This document shows positions 21,586-33,625 of a stretch of 64,000 bases of DNA, piece by piece (position 1 is the stretch's first letter; the number at the start of each line of letters is the position of its first letter). This DNA comes from an uncultured Chloroflexia bacterium (GTDB taxonomy: Bacteria > Chloroflexota > Anaerolineae > CG2-30-64-16): contig CAWEMM010000014.1 of assembly GCA_963810095.1 (NCBI GenBank), positions 32,001 through 96,000 of the forward strand, in the 5' to 3' direction. Below the pieces are notes generated by a model. It searched no databases. It was not told where the DNA came from and worked only from the letters and a program-made list of their open reading frames with translations. The translations under genes were made by a program, and so were the position numbers.

Positions 21586-21705
21586 GGGCGTCAGGCGTTC
21601 CACGCTCCGCCTCGCGCCGCACGCTTTTAGCTTGCGCACGCTCCCCGGTGCCATCCGTTTCAGGTGCGTTGCGCGACGCACGGCCCCGTGCTATCATCGG
21701 GACCT

Positions 21706-24188
21706 ATGAGCACCGTACCCTACCTGACTGACGCCGAAGCCGCTGCGCGCCGTGCTTCAGGCCAGGGGAACCCGCCGCCCCCGCCCTCCGGCCGGTCGTA
21801 CCTGCGCATCGTCCGTGAGAACGTCTTCACCTTCATCAACAACGCCATCTTTCTCTTGGGCATTGGCCTGGTCCTCGTCGGCCGGCCCATGGACGCGGTC
21901 ATCTCCGTCGGCATCATCCTCACCAACGTCGTGGTGAGCGTGGTCCAGGAAATCCGCGCCAAGCGCATGCTCGATCGGATCGCGCTGCTGACCCGGCCGA
22001 CCGCGACCGTGCTGCGCGACGCCGGCGAGCGGGTCGTCTCTCCCGAAGAATTGGTGATCGGGGACACGGTGAAGCTGGGCCCGGGCGACCAGGTGCTGGT
22101 GGACGGCGAAATGCTCGAGGGTGTGCTCCAGGTCGACGAGTCGCAACTGACGGGCGAGTCGGACGCGATTCGGAAACAGCCGGGCGACGAGGTACGTTCC
22201 GGCTCGTTCGTCGCCGGCGGCGCCGGCTACTTCCGCGTGATTCGGGTTGGGCAGGAAAGCCTGGCCGGCCAGTTGGCTCAGGGCGCGCGGGCTTACCGCC
22301 GCATCCTGACCCCGCTCCAGCAGCAGATCAACCTCACGATCCGCGTGCTCCTGTTGATGGTGATCTACCTGGAGATGCTCGTCGTCGCGAACGGGTTGGT
22401 GCACGCGCTGCCCCTGCCGCAGGGGGTCCAGCAGGCCACGGTCATCGTCGGCCTCGTGCCCAACGGCTTGTTTGTGGCGATTGCGGTCGCGTATGCGCTC
22501 GGTGCGGTGCGCATTGCCGGCCAGGGCGCGCTCGTGCAGCAGGCGAACGCGGTGGAGTCGTTGAGCAACGTCGACGTGCTGTGCCTCGACAAGACCGGGA
22601 CGCTGACCACAAACAAGCTGAAGTTCAAGGACATCTACTGCGCAGACGGCGGCCCCGGCCCTGAGCAGGTGGCCGGAGCGCTCGGCCTGGTCCTGGCGTC
22701 TGCCGGGGCCAGCAACAAGACGTCCGAGGCGCTCGCCGCCGCTTTCCCCGGCGAGAAAATCGAGCTGAGCGCGGAGGTGGCCTTCTCGTCAGCCCGCAAG
22801 TGGAGCGCCGTCGCTTTTGATGGAGGCGCGATAGGGGCGCGGCCGACCGCAAGATGGGCGACTGGCACGTGGGCGTTGGGCGCGCCCGAGATGCTGCAAC
22901 CCTACCTCTCGGACGGCTGGCAGGGTATGAGCCCGTGCGCGGACGAGTGGACAGGCCAGGGCTTGCGCGTGCTCGTCTTCTGCCACCACCCCGACCACAC
23001 GCTCCTCGAAGACAAGGGCGATGACTCGGTTCTGCCCTCTCCGATGACCCCCGTCGCCGTGCTGTGCCTCTCGGACGAACTGCGGCCAGACGCGCGGCCG
23101 ACGCTGGAAAGCTTCGTCGCAAATGGCGTCACCCCGAAGATCATTTCAGGCGACAACCCCGAGACCGTCGCCGCATTGGCCCGGCAGGCCGGCTTCGTCG
23201 CGGCGGGCAAGGTGGTTTCAGGGCTGGAGCTTGCCGAACTGCAGGACGGCGCTTTCGCCCAATCGGCCGTCGAAGGCAGCATTTTCGGCCGGATCACACC
23301 CCAGCAGAAGGAGCGCCTGGTCCATGCGCTGCGCGCCCGGGGCCACTACGTGGCGATGATGGGCGACGGGGTAAACGATGTGCTCTCGCTGAAGAAGGCC
23401 AACCTGGGGATCGCGATGCAGTCTGGCACGCAGGCGACGCGCGCGGTCGCCGACATCGTGCTGCTCAACGACTCGTTCGCCTCGCTCGCACCTGCAGTGT
23501 CGGAGGGCCAGCGCATCGTCAACGGGATGCAGGATATTCTCAAGCTGTTCCTGGCGCGCATCGGCACCATGTCCCTGATCATCCTGTCCGCGCTCGTCGT
23601 CGGGGCGTTCCCGATCAACCTGCGGCACGGCTCGCTGACGACCTTCTTCACCGTGGGCATCCCGACGGTCTTGCTGGCCCTGTGGGCGCGGCCCGGCCGG
23701 CAGGAGCGCCACGACTCGCTGCGCGCCGGCTCGCGCATTTCGTCGTCCCGCCCGCGATTCTGGGCAGTTTCCTCGGACTGGTGGTTTTCTACAGCACCAT
23801 CTTCCTGCGTGCGACGGGGATCGGGCCGCTGCAGGTGCTCGGGAACCCGCTCGAGTTTGGCCAGGCCGTTGCGGTCGGTCAGACCTCGCTCGCGGTCTTC
23901 CTCGTGTTGACCGGGCTGCTGCTGATTGTGTTCGTCGAGCCACCGACGCGTTGGTGGACCGGCGGCGACGTGCTCAGCCGTGACCGGCGGCCTGCCTTCC
24001 TGGCGCTGAGCCTGGCCATCGCCTTTGTCGCGCTGCTCGCGATACCGGGCTTCCGCACCGCGTTCGAGCTGCAGACGCTTGACTGGATCGACGGCGTCCT
24101 GATCGCGTCAGCGACGGTCGTCTGGCTCATTGCCGCGCGTTTCACCTGGCGGCGCCGCCTGCTCGAAAAGTTCTTCTCGGTGGGCTAA
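21706..24188 (+). CDS. P-type cation-transporting ATPase (CtpE-like); frameshift ~23723
   Basis: DESQLTGES, DKTGTLT, FSSARKWS, GAPE, ISGDNP, MGDGVND. Confidence 0.9.
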
Positions 24189-24197
24189 GAGGGTGCC

Positions 24198-24298
24198 CAC
24201 CACAAAGACACGAAGACACGAAGGTTCACCTAGCAGGGGCGAGGCATCTTAAGATGCCTCGCCCCTGCGCGATCAGCGTCTTTGTGCCTTGGTGGTTG
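24198..24298. repeat. Nested palindromic repeats at a convergent gene junction
   Basis: Perfect 36-bp palindrome GCAGGGGCGAGGCATCTTAAGATGCCTCGCCCCTGC (24233-24268), flanked by CACCACAAAGACACGAAGACACGAAG and CTTTGTGCCTTGGTGGTTG. Confidence 0.7.
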
Positions 24299-24299
24299 T

Positions 24300-25502
24300 T
24301 CAGCTCTCCAGGAAAGCGGCCAGAGCCAGGGCGATTTGGGCGACCTTTAGGGGGTCCACGATGTCGGGCGCGTCTTTTGGTGTGTGGGTGACCTCGGCTG
24401 ACACCTCCGCGATGTCGGAAGTGATCGCAACGGCCGGCCGTCCCGCCATCACAAAGATCGAGTGATCTCCCTGGTACCACTGCGGCCCTTCGGCCAGGCC
24501 GTGCTCGCCCAGCACCCGGCGCACCCCGGCGGCCACTTCGTCGGAGCACCCGTACAGTGAGAAATGCGAGCCGCCCTTGTAGTAGCCCGCGCCGTCGATG
24601 TTGATGACGAGCTCGATGGCCGTGAGGTCCTCGTTTTCCTGCAGGTATAACCGCTCACCCGGCGCAGCGTAATAGTCCTCGCCGTTGAGCGCGGCCAGTT
24701 CCACCATCCGCTCGCCCTTATACCCCGCCAGCAACTCGCCCAGCAGCAGCAGGACGATCACGCCCGTGCCGTCGTCGACCGCGCCCGGCGTCCCCCGCTT
24801 GGCATCGATGTGCGCAGTGACCATGGTGCGCCCCCGCCCGTCGGGTTGTCCGCCGAGTCGGGCGACGACGTTGAAGCCTTCCGCCATCGACCGGGTCGCC
24901 CGAACCTCGAGGTTGACCTCGCGGCCCGCATACACGGCCAGCTTCTGGCCCTCTTCCTCCGTCATGTATGCGGACGGGATATCGAAGTCGCCGTCCTCGA
25001 TGAGGGGGAAGGGGTAGACTGCGCCGGCCGTCTCCGGGTTCCGACTCGTCGCGGCCAGCACGGCAGCGGGCCCGCCTTGCTCCAGCAGCGCAATAATCCG
25101 CTGGTGTTCCTCGGGGTTCCACCAGGGAAAGTTCTTGGGCGCCAACTGCTCGGCCGCGAGGTCGCCACGAATGAGCACGACCTTGCCGGCGAGTTCGGCG
25201 GACTTCAAGTCGTCGACGCTGCTCAGGACGACAAGCGGTGCGCTGATCAGCACCGGCCGGGTGTAGGGGCTCGGGAGCACTTCGAAGGCAACGGTGCCGG
25301 CCGTGAGGTCCGCACCGGACTCGCTCCAATCCATGCACTGGAACGCGGGCGTTTCGACCTGCCAACCTTGGCCGCGCAGCGCGGCCGAGACGTAAGCGGT
25401 GGCGTCGCGGTTACCTTGCGAGCCGACCGCCCGTGTCGGGATGTCGACACAAAGGCGTTGTAAATGCTCTGTCGCTCGGACGGTGAGATGGTCCAGGTCC
25501 AT
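24300..25502 (-). CDS. M28-family aminopeptidase with PA-like insert
   Basis: TAHID, GAVDDGTG, NGED, INIDG, GDH, HTPKD. No signal peptide. Confidence 0.85.
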   Translation of the reverse strand: MDLDHLTVRATEHLQRLCVDIPTRAVGSQGNRDATAYVSAALRGQGWQVETPAFQCMDWSESGADLTAGTVAFEVLPSPYTRPVLISAPLVVLSSVDDLKSAELAGKVVLIRGDLAAEQLAPKNFPWWNPEEHQRIIALLEQGGPAAVLAATSRNPETAGAVYPFPLIEDGDFDIPSAYMTEEEGQKLAVYAGREVNLEVRATRSMAEGFNVVARLGGQPDGRGRTMVTAHIDAKRGTPGAVDDGTGVIVLLLLGELLAGYKGERMVELAALNGEDYYAAPGERLYLQENEDLTAIELVINIDGAGYYKGGSHFSLYGCSDEVAAGVRRVLGEHGLAEGPQWYQGDHSIFVMAGRPAVAITSDIAEVSAEVTHTPKDAPDIVDPLKVAQIALALAAFLES

Positions 25503-25675
25503 GGGGACTCCTTTCCTGCCGTTCTGGCACGACAGTATACGCTCGGGGGGAATGAATGGTTGCGCAGTGTGCGCGCCCACAGTGCCGGCCGGGTTATCCG
25601 GTGCGATAAGCCGTACAGACACGAACGCCCGCGCCGACAGGCCGGGCGTTTTGACTCCGTGCCGGCCAAGGCGGA

Positions 25676-26684
25676 TTATGGGAGGGCCGGCGTGTTCTCC
25701 GCGAAGTACTCGTGGTTATCCGCGTTTTTCACTGCGTTGTCCGGGTTGCTGATCGCCAGGCTTTTCGCGCCGCTCTGGCCGTAGACGTAATCGTCTGTGC
25801 TGGCGACGACATAGAAGTGGCTCATCTCATGGACAAGCGTTCCCGCCTGCGAATCGGTGCCGAGGGCCGGCGCGCCCCAGTACACGCTGCAGAGGTAGAT
25901 CTTGTACGGCTGGTTGGGATAGACGTAGGCGTAGTACTTCTTCTTGCAGCCGCAGTCGAACGTGACGGACGCGGTATCCATCGCATTGCCGATGCTCGCG
26001 AAATGACTCGTCACGGTGTTGTAGCGGCTGTCGGTCACCGTGCCAAACCAGGTCGTATACCGGGGGCCTGTCTTGCCGGCCTTAAGGTAGGCCGAGGCGT
26101 CGGCCGAGTACGTGCTGGCGTTGCTCCGCGCCGTCAACAGCGTGGACTGCTGGGTGCTGCTGCACTTATTGAAGGTGGTGGAACCCGCGGTGGCGCCGGG
26201 CGCCGCCTGCTCGGTCGGTCCACTGGCGCGGTCCTTCGACCAGCAGGGTCAGGCTTGCCGAGCTGAGCCGGGCGATGTCGTAGGCCACGACGTACGCGCC
26301 GGTCGTGGACAGATCGTAGATCGAGGCCAGGTCCACGTCGTAGGTGATCGATTCGCCGGGCGCAACGATGACGAAGTCCGCAGCGTTGGCGGGCGGGCGC
26401 TTGACGACCGGACCCAGGTAGGGTACGGGCTGCCCATCGCGCACGACATTGAAGAGGGGCTCTTCAACGCCGTCGGCTGGGGTGAACCACCGCAAAATGC
26501 GCATCGTCCGACCGGTCGTGTTGGTGATGGTCGTGTGTACGATGACGGGTTCTGCGGCGCTGAAGGCAGCCTTGTCCGCGCTCAGGACGACGGCGTGATC
26601 GTTCTGGGCCGCCGAGGCGGCTGGGACGAGGATCAACGACAGGACGAACGCGAAGGCCAAGAGCAAATGGAGACGGTTGCGCAT
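25676..26684 (-). CDS. Secreted M35 (aspzincin/peptidyl-Lys) metalloendopeptidase; frameshift ~26200
   Basis: GGAGG RBS, signal peptide MRNRLHLLLAFAFV, propeptide; HEMSH...TDDYVYG...NADNHEY. Confidence 0.85.
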
Positions 26685-26788
26685 GGTTCCTCCTTGGTGG
26701 TGGCTGGGCGCAGTGTACTGGGGGCGCCCGTGTATGTCAAGACGCCGCGCGCCCCGGAGCCATACGCCCGAGCCGGCAATCCCCGGCC

Positions 26789-28365
26789 CTATCGCCGGGT
26801 TAGAGGCAGGAACACCTTGATCTGGTAATCCCCCGGCCTCATTTCGACCGCTCCTACGTCGCACGCCGCGCCCTGGGGCCGCCCGACGCCCCGTTGGTCC
26901 GTTGCGGGGCAGCCCAGCCCCGTCCCCGAGTCGCTCGCAGGGCTGCCCTTGATCAAAAGGTGCGTTTGCGTATAGCCGCCGTTGCTGGCCAGGGGCCGCA
27001 AGGGGAGGGCGACGTTGTCCCGGCCGGCGCCGAGCGAGCAGGTGGAGTCGCTCGACAGGCTGAAGCTGGCGCCGGCGAGCGCCTTGTTGCAGTTCCATTT
27101 CTGGCCGTTGTCCGTCTTGAAGTTGCCCGATAGCAGTGTGTTTTTCAGCGTCAGCGTGCCTCCCCGGCTCGCGACGCCACCGGCGTTGAACAGTGCGTTA
27201 TTGCCGGTGAGCGTGACATTCGTGAGCGAAACGCTGCCGTTCGCCTGGTCGAAGCCCCCGCTGCCCACCGCAGCGTTGCCGCTTATGGTCACGTTTGTCA
27301 GCGTGGCCGCGCCCGTTCCATCGTGGTCGAAGCCCCCACCATAGCTGGCCCAGTTGTTGCTGATCGTCACGTTAGCGAGTGTCGCCACGCCCCCGCCGAA
27401 GCTGAGCCCACCGCCGCCCGTCGTGACCTTGGTGCCGCCGGGCGCAAAGCCGTTTCTGTCGATTGTGACGTCCGTCAGGCGCAGGTCACCCCCTTCGCAG
27501 CGCACGGCGCCACCGTAGGCGCCCCAGTTGCCCGCCATGGTGCTCCGCGTCACCTTCGTCGTGCCGCTGCCCACTGACAGCGCGCCGCCCCGGCTGGCGC
27601 TGTTGGTTGAAAAGCTGCTCTGCGTGATTGTCACATTTCCTTCAGCCCGAACTGCTCCGCCTTGCGCGAAGGTGTCGGTAGCCTTATTGCCCGTGAACTG
27701 GGTCCCGTCGATCGTGCTGCCGGCTGCGGTGGTCCGCGCACCGCGCCGCCCGCACCCGCTGCAGTGTTGCCGTCGAACGTGCTCGCACTGATCGTGACGG
27801 TTCCGCCGTCTGCGAAGATTGCTCCCCCGGTCTGTGCAGCCGAGTTGCCGCTCAGTGTAGAGCCGCTGATGTTCAATTCGCCGTAGGAGGTGATGGCGCC
27901 CCCGGAGGTCGTCGAGGCATTGTTTGTGAACTGGCTATTCTTGATCACCAGCTTGCCAAAGTTCTCGATTGCGCCCGCGGGGCCATAGGCGCGTGTCAGA
28001 ACTATGCGGTCCAGGGTCAGGGTTTGGGCCGAGTAGACCTGGAAGAGTGGGGTTGCGTTGGCGCCGCTGAGCGAAATGAGGCCCGCGCCGCGGAGTTCCG
28101 TGTTGGTCGATACCGTCTTCTGCGTGGAAAAGACGATGGTGTGCGGGGCCGCGCCGCAGTTGAACGTGATGATGCCGCCCCCTGACGACTGCACGGCATA
28201 GAAGGCCGTGTCGAACGCCGTGTCGTTGCAGCTTCCGGGCGTGCCGGAACCGACGACCCCGTTCGCAGCCAGAGCCGGCCGGGGCGAGCTTACCAGGACG
28301 AGGAGAAGAAATGTTACGAGTGCGAGACGCGAGACCGGCCAGCGAAGAACGCGGAGCGCGAGCAT
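26789..28365 (-). CDS. Secreted beta-helix (Pmp-repeat/choice-of-anchor Q-like) surface protein; frameshift ~27725
   Basis: Signal peptide; GGAI and FxxN repeats; LRPLASNGGYTQTH...SPA.D...DQRG...CDVGAVE; tail 'VFLPLTRR'. Confidence 0.8.
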
Positions 28366-28625
28366 GAGAGTACCTCCGAGCCGCGGGTGGGCGGCGCACC
28401 GGGTCAGGGTTACTTGGGTGGAGCAGTCGCTCCAGGATGCAAGGCTGGCGCAGCCATTTCACACTGAAACCGTCGCCACGTCAGTAACGCGGCGTCCCGC
28501 ACGCCCACGCACGGGTGAATCGGCATACGTCCGGCGCCGCTTGTCAGCGCCGCGCCTCTCGTCTACAATAGGCCGGTCCACCGCCGCACTCTCCGCGTCG
28601 CCGCGAGTTCACTCCAGGAAACCCG

Positions 28626-29726
28626 ATGTACAAACGGATTGTCATTAAGCTGGGCACGAGTGTGCTCACCGGCGGCAGCCAGCGCCTCGACCGGGCCGGC
28701 ATGGTGGAGGTGGCGCGGCAGTGCGCGCAACTCCACGCGCAGGGCTGCGACGTGATCGTCGTGACTTCGGGCGCGATCGCGGCGGGCCGGGAGCAGTTGG
28801 GTCACCCCGCGCTCCCCCAGACGATCGCCGCAAAGCAGATGCTGGCGGCCGTGGGGCAGAGCCGGCTGATGCGCGTTTGGGAAGGGCTGTTCGAGATCTA
28901 CGGCCTCGTCGTGGGGCAGATGCTGCTCACCCGGGCCGACATCGCCCACCGCGACCGGTATCTCAACGCGCGCGACATGCTGCAGGCACTGCTCGAACAC
29001 CGCATCGTGCCGGTCATCAACGAGAACGACGCAGTGGCGACCGCCGAGATCAAGGTGGGCGACAACGACAACCTGTCCGCGATGGTGGCGATTCTCGCGG
29101 AAGCGGATTGCCTGCTCCTCCTCACCGACCTCGACGGGCTCTATACGGCCGACCCCCGCACGCACCCCGATGCGCAGCTGATTCCCGAGGTGCGAACGAT
29201 CGACGCGACGCTCGCCGCAGTCGCGGGGGGCAGTGTGAGCGGATTGGGCACCGGCGGCATGACGACGAAACTCCAGGCGGCGGATGCTGCCCGCCGAGCG
29301 GGTGTCGACGTGGTGATTGCGGGCGGTCGTGCGCCCGACGTGATCCTGCGGGCCGCAGCGGGCGAGTCGGTCGGGACCCGGTTCCCCGCGCTCGACTCGA
29401 CGCACGAGAGCCGGAAGCGCTGGATCGCCGGAAGTGGCAGGCCGGAGGGCCGGCTGGTCGTGGACCAGGGCGCTGCCGCGGCGCTGCGCGACAAGGGGGG
29501 CAGCCTGCTGCCCGCCGGAATAACCGGCATCGAGGGTCACTTCGAGCGGGGCGATACGGTGCTGATCGTCGACGCCACGAATTCCCCGCTCGCACGGGGG
29601 ATCGCACGTTATGACTCGCTCGACATGCGGCGAATCGCGGGGTGTCAGTCGAGCGAGATTGCCGAGCGGCTGGGCTACACGGCAGGGCCGGTCGCGGTGC
29701 ATCGCAACGACTTGCTTCTTTTGTAG
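28626..29726 (+). CDS. proB: Glutamate 5-kinase
   Basis: [34 protein letters not shown]; PUA domain. Confidence 0.96.
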   Translation: MYKRIVIKLGTSVLTGGSQRLDRAGMVEVARQCAQLHAQGCDVIVVTSGAIAAGREQLGHPALPQTIAAKQMLAAVGQSRLMRVWEGLFEIYGLVVGQMLLTRADIAHRDRYLNARDMLQALLEHRIVPVINENDAVATAEIKVGDNDNLSAMVAILAEADCLLLLTDLDGLYTADPRTHPDAQLIPEVRTIDATLAAVAGGSVSGLGTGGMTTKLQAADAARRAGVDVVIAGGRAPDVILRAAAGESVGTRFPALDSTHESRKRWIAGSGRPEGRLVVDQGAAAALRDKGGSLLPAGITGIEGHFERGDTVLIVDATNSPLARGIARYDSLDMRRIAGCQSSEIAERLGYTAGPVAVHRNDLLLL

Positions 29727-29738
29727 GGGGACACGGGC

Positions 29739-30995
29739 ATGACCGATCTGGTAGCAATGGGGAAGGCTGCCCGGCAGGCAAGCCGCCGGCTGGCCACGCT
29801 GCACCGTGGCGAGAAGGATGCCGCGCTGCTGGCGATTGCCGCGGCGCTCGAATCGGGTGCGGGCCGAGTGCTGGCTGCAAACGAACGCGACCTGGCCGAC
29901 GGGCGGGCGAAGGGGCTCAGCCCCGCGCTGCTGGACCGCTTGTCGTTGGACGAGAAACGGCTGGCGAGCCTGGCCTCCGACGTGCGCAAGGTGGCGAGTC
30001 TGCCCGACCCGGTGGGCGAAGAGTTCGGCGGGCGAGTGCTGCCCAACGGAATGCGCCTTAGCAAGCGGCGCACACCCATCGGCGTGATCGGCGTGATCTA
30101 CGAGGCGCGGCCCAACGTTACGGTCGACGTCGCGAGCCTCTGCCTCAAGACGGGGAATGCGGCGATCCTGCGCGGGGGCAGCGAGACGCTGCGCAGCAAC
30201 GTTGCGCTCGCGGCGCTGATTCGCAGTGCGCTGGGCGCATGCGGGCTGCCAGAGGATGCGGTCCAGTACGTGGACGCCCCCGACCGGGATCTCGTGACCC
30301 AGTTGTTGCGCCTCGATCGCTACGTCGACATGATCATTCCCCGGGGCGGCGCGTCACTGCACAAACTGTGCCGCGAGCAAGCCACCGTGCCGGTGATCAC
30401 CGGCGGCATGGGCATCTGTCACATCTTTGTCGACGAGAGCGCAGACCTGGCGCGGGCGGTCGACATCGTGGAGAACGCCAAGGTGCAGCGGCCCAGCGTG
30501 TGCAACGCGCTCGACACGCTGCTCGTGCACCGGGCGGTCGCGGCCGAGTTCCTGCCGCGTGTGGTCTCACGGTTGCGGCTCGACGGGGTAGAGATACGGG
30601 CGGAGCCCAACGCGCTGGCGCTGCTGAGGGTGGCAGAGGGGATCGCACCGGCCGGGCCGGGCGACTTCGATACCGAATGGATGTCGCTGGTGCTGGGTGT
30701 CAAGGTGGTGCCGGGTCTGGACGAGGCCATCGAGCATATCCAGGAGCACAGCACGGAGCACTCGGATAGCATCCTGACGAACGACTGGACGAACGCCAAC
30801 AGGTTCGTGAACGAGGTCAACTCGTCGGCGGTATACGTCAACGCCAGCACCCGGTTTACCGACGGCGGCGAGTTCGGGCTGGGCGCCGAGGTGGCGGTGA
30901 GCACGCAGAAGCTGCACGCCCGCGGTCCGATGGGGCTGGAAGAGCTGACCACCTACAAGTGGATCGGCATCGGTGAGGGGCACATCCGGGAGTAA
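29739..30995 (+). CDS. proA: Gamma-glutamyl phosphate reductase
   Basis: [51 protein letters not shown]. Confidence 0.96.
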   Translation: MTDLVAMGKAARQASRRLATLHRGEKDAALLAIAAALESGAGRVLAANERDLADGRAKGLSPALLDRLSLDEKRLASLASDVRKVASLPDPVGEEFGGRVLPNGMRLSKRRTPIGVIGVIYEARPNVTVDVASLCLKTGNAAILRGGSETLRSNVALAALIRSALGACGLPEDAVQYVDAPDRDLVTQLLRLDRYVDMIIPRGGASLHKLCREQATVPVITGGMGICHIFVDESADLARAVDIVENAKVQRPSVCNALDTLLVHRAVAAEFLPRVVSRLRLDGVEIRAEPNALALLRVAEGIAPAGPGDFDTEWMSLVLGVKVVPGLDEAIEHIQEHSTEHSDSILTNDWTNANRFVNEVNSSAVYVNASTRFTDGGEFGLGAEVAVSTQKLHARGPMGLEELTTYKWIGIGEGHIRE

Positions 30996-31018
30996 GCAAT
31001 CGAACGGTCACTTGCCTC

Positions 31019-31051
31019 AGGAGCCCGGCACCTTCAAGGCGCCGGGCTCCT
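31019..31051. terminator. Hairpin (terminator or REP) between convergent genes
   Basis: AGGAGCCCGGCACCTT-C-AAGGCGCCGGGCTCCT. Confidence 0.6.
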
Positions 31052-31062
31052 CCATTCGAGAC

Positions 31063-32460
31063 TCACGCAAGCTCCAACGCGTCGATCAGGCTCAGGGCGG
31101 TGTGATAGCCCGGATCTGCATCCGGGTAGGCCGGCATGAGGTCGAGCGCCTGTCCGTCTGCACCGCGCAGCTTGACCGCCATGAGGTGCAGACCGGGGCG
31201 GACGTAATGCTGCACGAAAGCGTTGTGCGACAGGGCCAGAATCTCCAGGCACTCCGCCCGGTCCGCGTCTGTCTCAGCCACCTGCGCCGCGGCCAATCCC
31301 GCTCGAATCGTCTCCGGCAGGCTCCACCACGGCATCGTGTCGTCGACCGGCCGGCGTGTGAGCAGGTCGACGGTCTTGCAGATGCCGCCAACGTCCGCTC
31401 GGTAGCCGTTTGCGAACGCGCGGGCGAGCAGGCCCGGCATCGCACGCTCCATGTCTCCCATCTCGGCAAGTTGCGCGCCGGTGGCGCCACCGTAGCGGCG
31501 GACGGCTTGGCTGAACTTCAGGAACAGGCCGGCAAATTCTAGCGAGTGGCCGGGATCAGAAATCACCCGGCCCGATTCGTCGAGCAGCGGCTTGCCTTCC
31601 TCGTCGACGTATTCGACCAGGTCGTACTCTTGCAGTTCGGGCCATTTCTGTCCCAGGTTGACATGGTTTTCAATGACATAACGGGCCAGCGATAGGCCCA
31701 TGGCCGTGCTCTCCGGGCCCGGTTCGAATTGCGCGAAGAGGGCAGCCATCCCCAGGGCAATCATGGCCGGGCCATGCGTGAAGGCGCGGTCGACCCAGGC
31801 CCGAGCCCCGAAGGTGGGCTGGGGCTGGTCGCTGCGGAAGGTCCGCGCCAGGATGTCGCGATAGACGTCGAGGCAGAAGGCCCGTGCTTCTCTGGCGGCC
31901 GCCGCGTTGCCCACCAGGTTCGCCGCCGCAAACATCCCCTTGGCGCCGAACAGGTCGCTGTAGCCGTACGGTGAGCCGGCCTGCAGGTGCAGCGGCAAGC
32001 GGTCGCCGCTCGGCGCAAGGCTGAAGGCCCGGCCGGCCGGGTCCATTAAGAAATGCAGGTGGCCGTTGTTCTGGGTGCGGGCCTGCTGCAGGCGCGCGAG
32101 CAGGTCCGTCGATAGCCCACGGGCGCGTGTCAACAGCCGGTCAACCTCGGGATCGCCCTGGAAGGGCGCGAGCCACGCGGCGAACTTCGCGATGGATTCC
32201 AAGCCCCGGCCCTGCACCCAGCCGCTGGCGACATCCCGGCCGAGCAGAGGATGAACGGGCGGCAGTTCTTCACCCGTCGTGAGGTTGATCTTCGTATCGA
32301 TCCACGGGTAGTAGGCGCTGCGTTCCGTCCGGTCGAGGATCGTGCGGAACTGCGTTACGATCATGGCCTGGTACGGTTCAACGACGCGCTGCAGATCCCC
32401 GAGCGTGGTGTGAACGGGCAGGAGCACGGTCGAGTAAGTGGCATGGGTCGGAGTGAGCAT
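31063..32460 (-). CDS. AGE-family (N-acylglucosamine 2-epimerase-like) (alpha/alpha)6 epimerase
   Basis: WVQGR, YSDLF, HG, DPGHSLEF, WWSLPET, DPGYH. Confidence 0.7.
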   Translation of the reverse strand: MLTPTHATYSTVLLPVHTTLGDLQRVVEPYQAMIVTQFRTILDRTERSAYYPWIDTKINLTTGEELPPVHPLLGRDVASGWVQGRGLESIAKFAAWLAPFQGDPEVDRLLTRARGLSTDLLARLQQARTQNNGHLHFLMDPAGRAFSLAPSGDRLPLHLQAGSPYGYSDLFGAKGMFAAANLVGNAAAAREARAFCLDVYRDILARTFRSDQPQPTFGARAWVDRAFTHGPAMIALGMAALFAQFEPGPESTAMGLSLARYVIENHVNLGQKWPELQEYDLVEYVDEEGKPLLDESGRVISDPGHSLEFAGLFLKFSQAVRRYGGATGAQLAEMGDMERAMPGLLARAFANGYRADVGGICKTVDLLTRRPVDDTMPWWSLPETIRAGLAAAQVAETDADRAECLEILALSHNAFVQHYVRPGLHLMAVKLRGADGQALDLMPAYPDADPGYHTALSLIDALELA

Positions 32461-32589
32461 ATCTGTCCTTTGACAAGGGTGCGGGTATCGTGTAGCGTGC
32501 GGAACGTCGCCGCCATCTTTTCCGGCTGCATCGCCGTCATTTGAGATCGTCAGCGCTTCACCGCCGTTACTATCCAGAGGAGTGGGTCC

Positions 32590-33602
32590 ATGCGTTTCGC
32601 AATCATCGGAATCGGGAATATTGCGCCCATTCACGCCGCCGCCATTCGCGGCGTGTCGGGCGATCTGGTCGCGGTCGCCACCCGCGACGAAGGCCGCGGT
32701 CGCGCGTTCGCGGCCCAGCACGGCGGGGCGTGGTACGCCAACTACGAAGACCTCTTGGCGCAGGCCCACCCCGACGTCGTCGCCATCTGCACGCCACACG
32801 ACCTGCACGCGCCGATGACGTTGGCTGCGGCCAGGTCTGGGGCCCACGTGCTCTGCGAGAAGCCCATGGCGCGCAACGTGCAGGAATGCGACGCGATGAT
32901 TGCGGCCTGCGAGGAGGCCGGCGTCACGCTCGGCGTCGCCTTCCAGGGCCGCTTCGAGCCGTTATCGGTTAAGCTGAAAACGCGCTGGACGCGCAGCGTC
33001 TGGGCCGCCTGCTGTGGGCCAGCGCGAACACGCTGTGGCACCGCACCGACGCCTACTACCGCAGCGGTCCGTGGCGCGGCACCTGGGCGCACGAGGGCGG
33101 CGGCGTGCTGATCAACCAGGCCATCCACGCCATCGACCTGCTGATCTGGCTCGCCGGGCTGCCCGAACAGGTCACGGCCCGCATCCGCACTCTCAACCAT
33201 GCCATTGAGGTGGAGGACGCCGCCATGGCAATCATGGAGTATGCGGACGGCCGGTTGGGGTTGATCCAAGCCACGACCATCGCACATCCCGGCTACCCTG
33301 AGCGGATCGAGCTGTTCGGTTCGGCGGGCAGCGTCGTCTATAACAAGGGCCTGGCCCGGCTCGAGTGGCGGCTGGCCGACCCGCCGCAGGACTTCACCGA
33401 GGAAGGCGAGGTGAGCAGCGGCGCGGCCCGCCCCATGGACATCAACGCGGCGGGACATACCGCGCTCTACGCCGATTTTCTCGCCGCGATCCGTGAGGGC
33501 CGGCGGCCCCTTGTTGACGGCCGCGAGGGCCGGCGCAGCATCTCCTTCGTCGAGGCCGTCTACCGGTCGGCACAGTCAGGGCAGACGGCCCGGCTCGAGT
33601 GA
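32590..33602 (+). CDS. Gfo/Idh/MocA NAD(P)-dependent sugar/inositol oxidoreductase; frameshift ~32980
   Basis: IIGIGNI, CTPHDLH, LCEKPM, WRGTWAHEGGGVLINQAIHAID. Confidence 0.87.
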
Positions 33603-33625
33603 CCTCCGTTCCTCTCCTGGCCCGG

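Noticed and set aside
8105-30995. rocD and proBA as a linked proline pathway cluster
   Set aside because: They are 19 kb apart with unrelated genes between them, and proC is absent.
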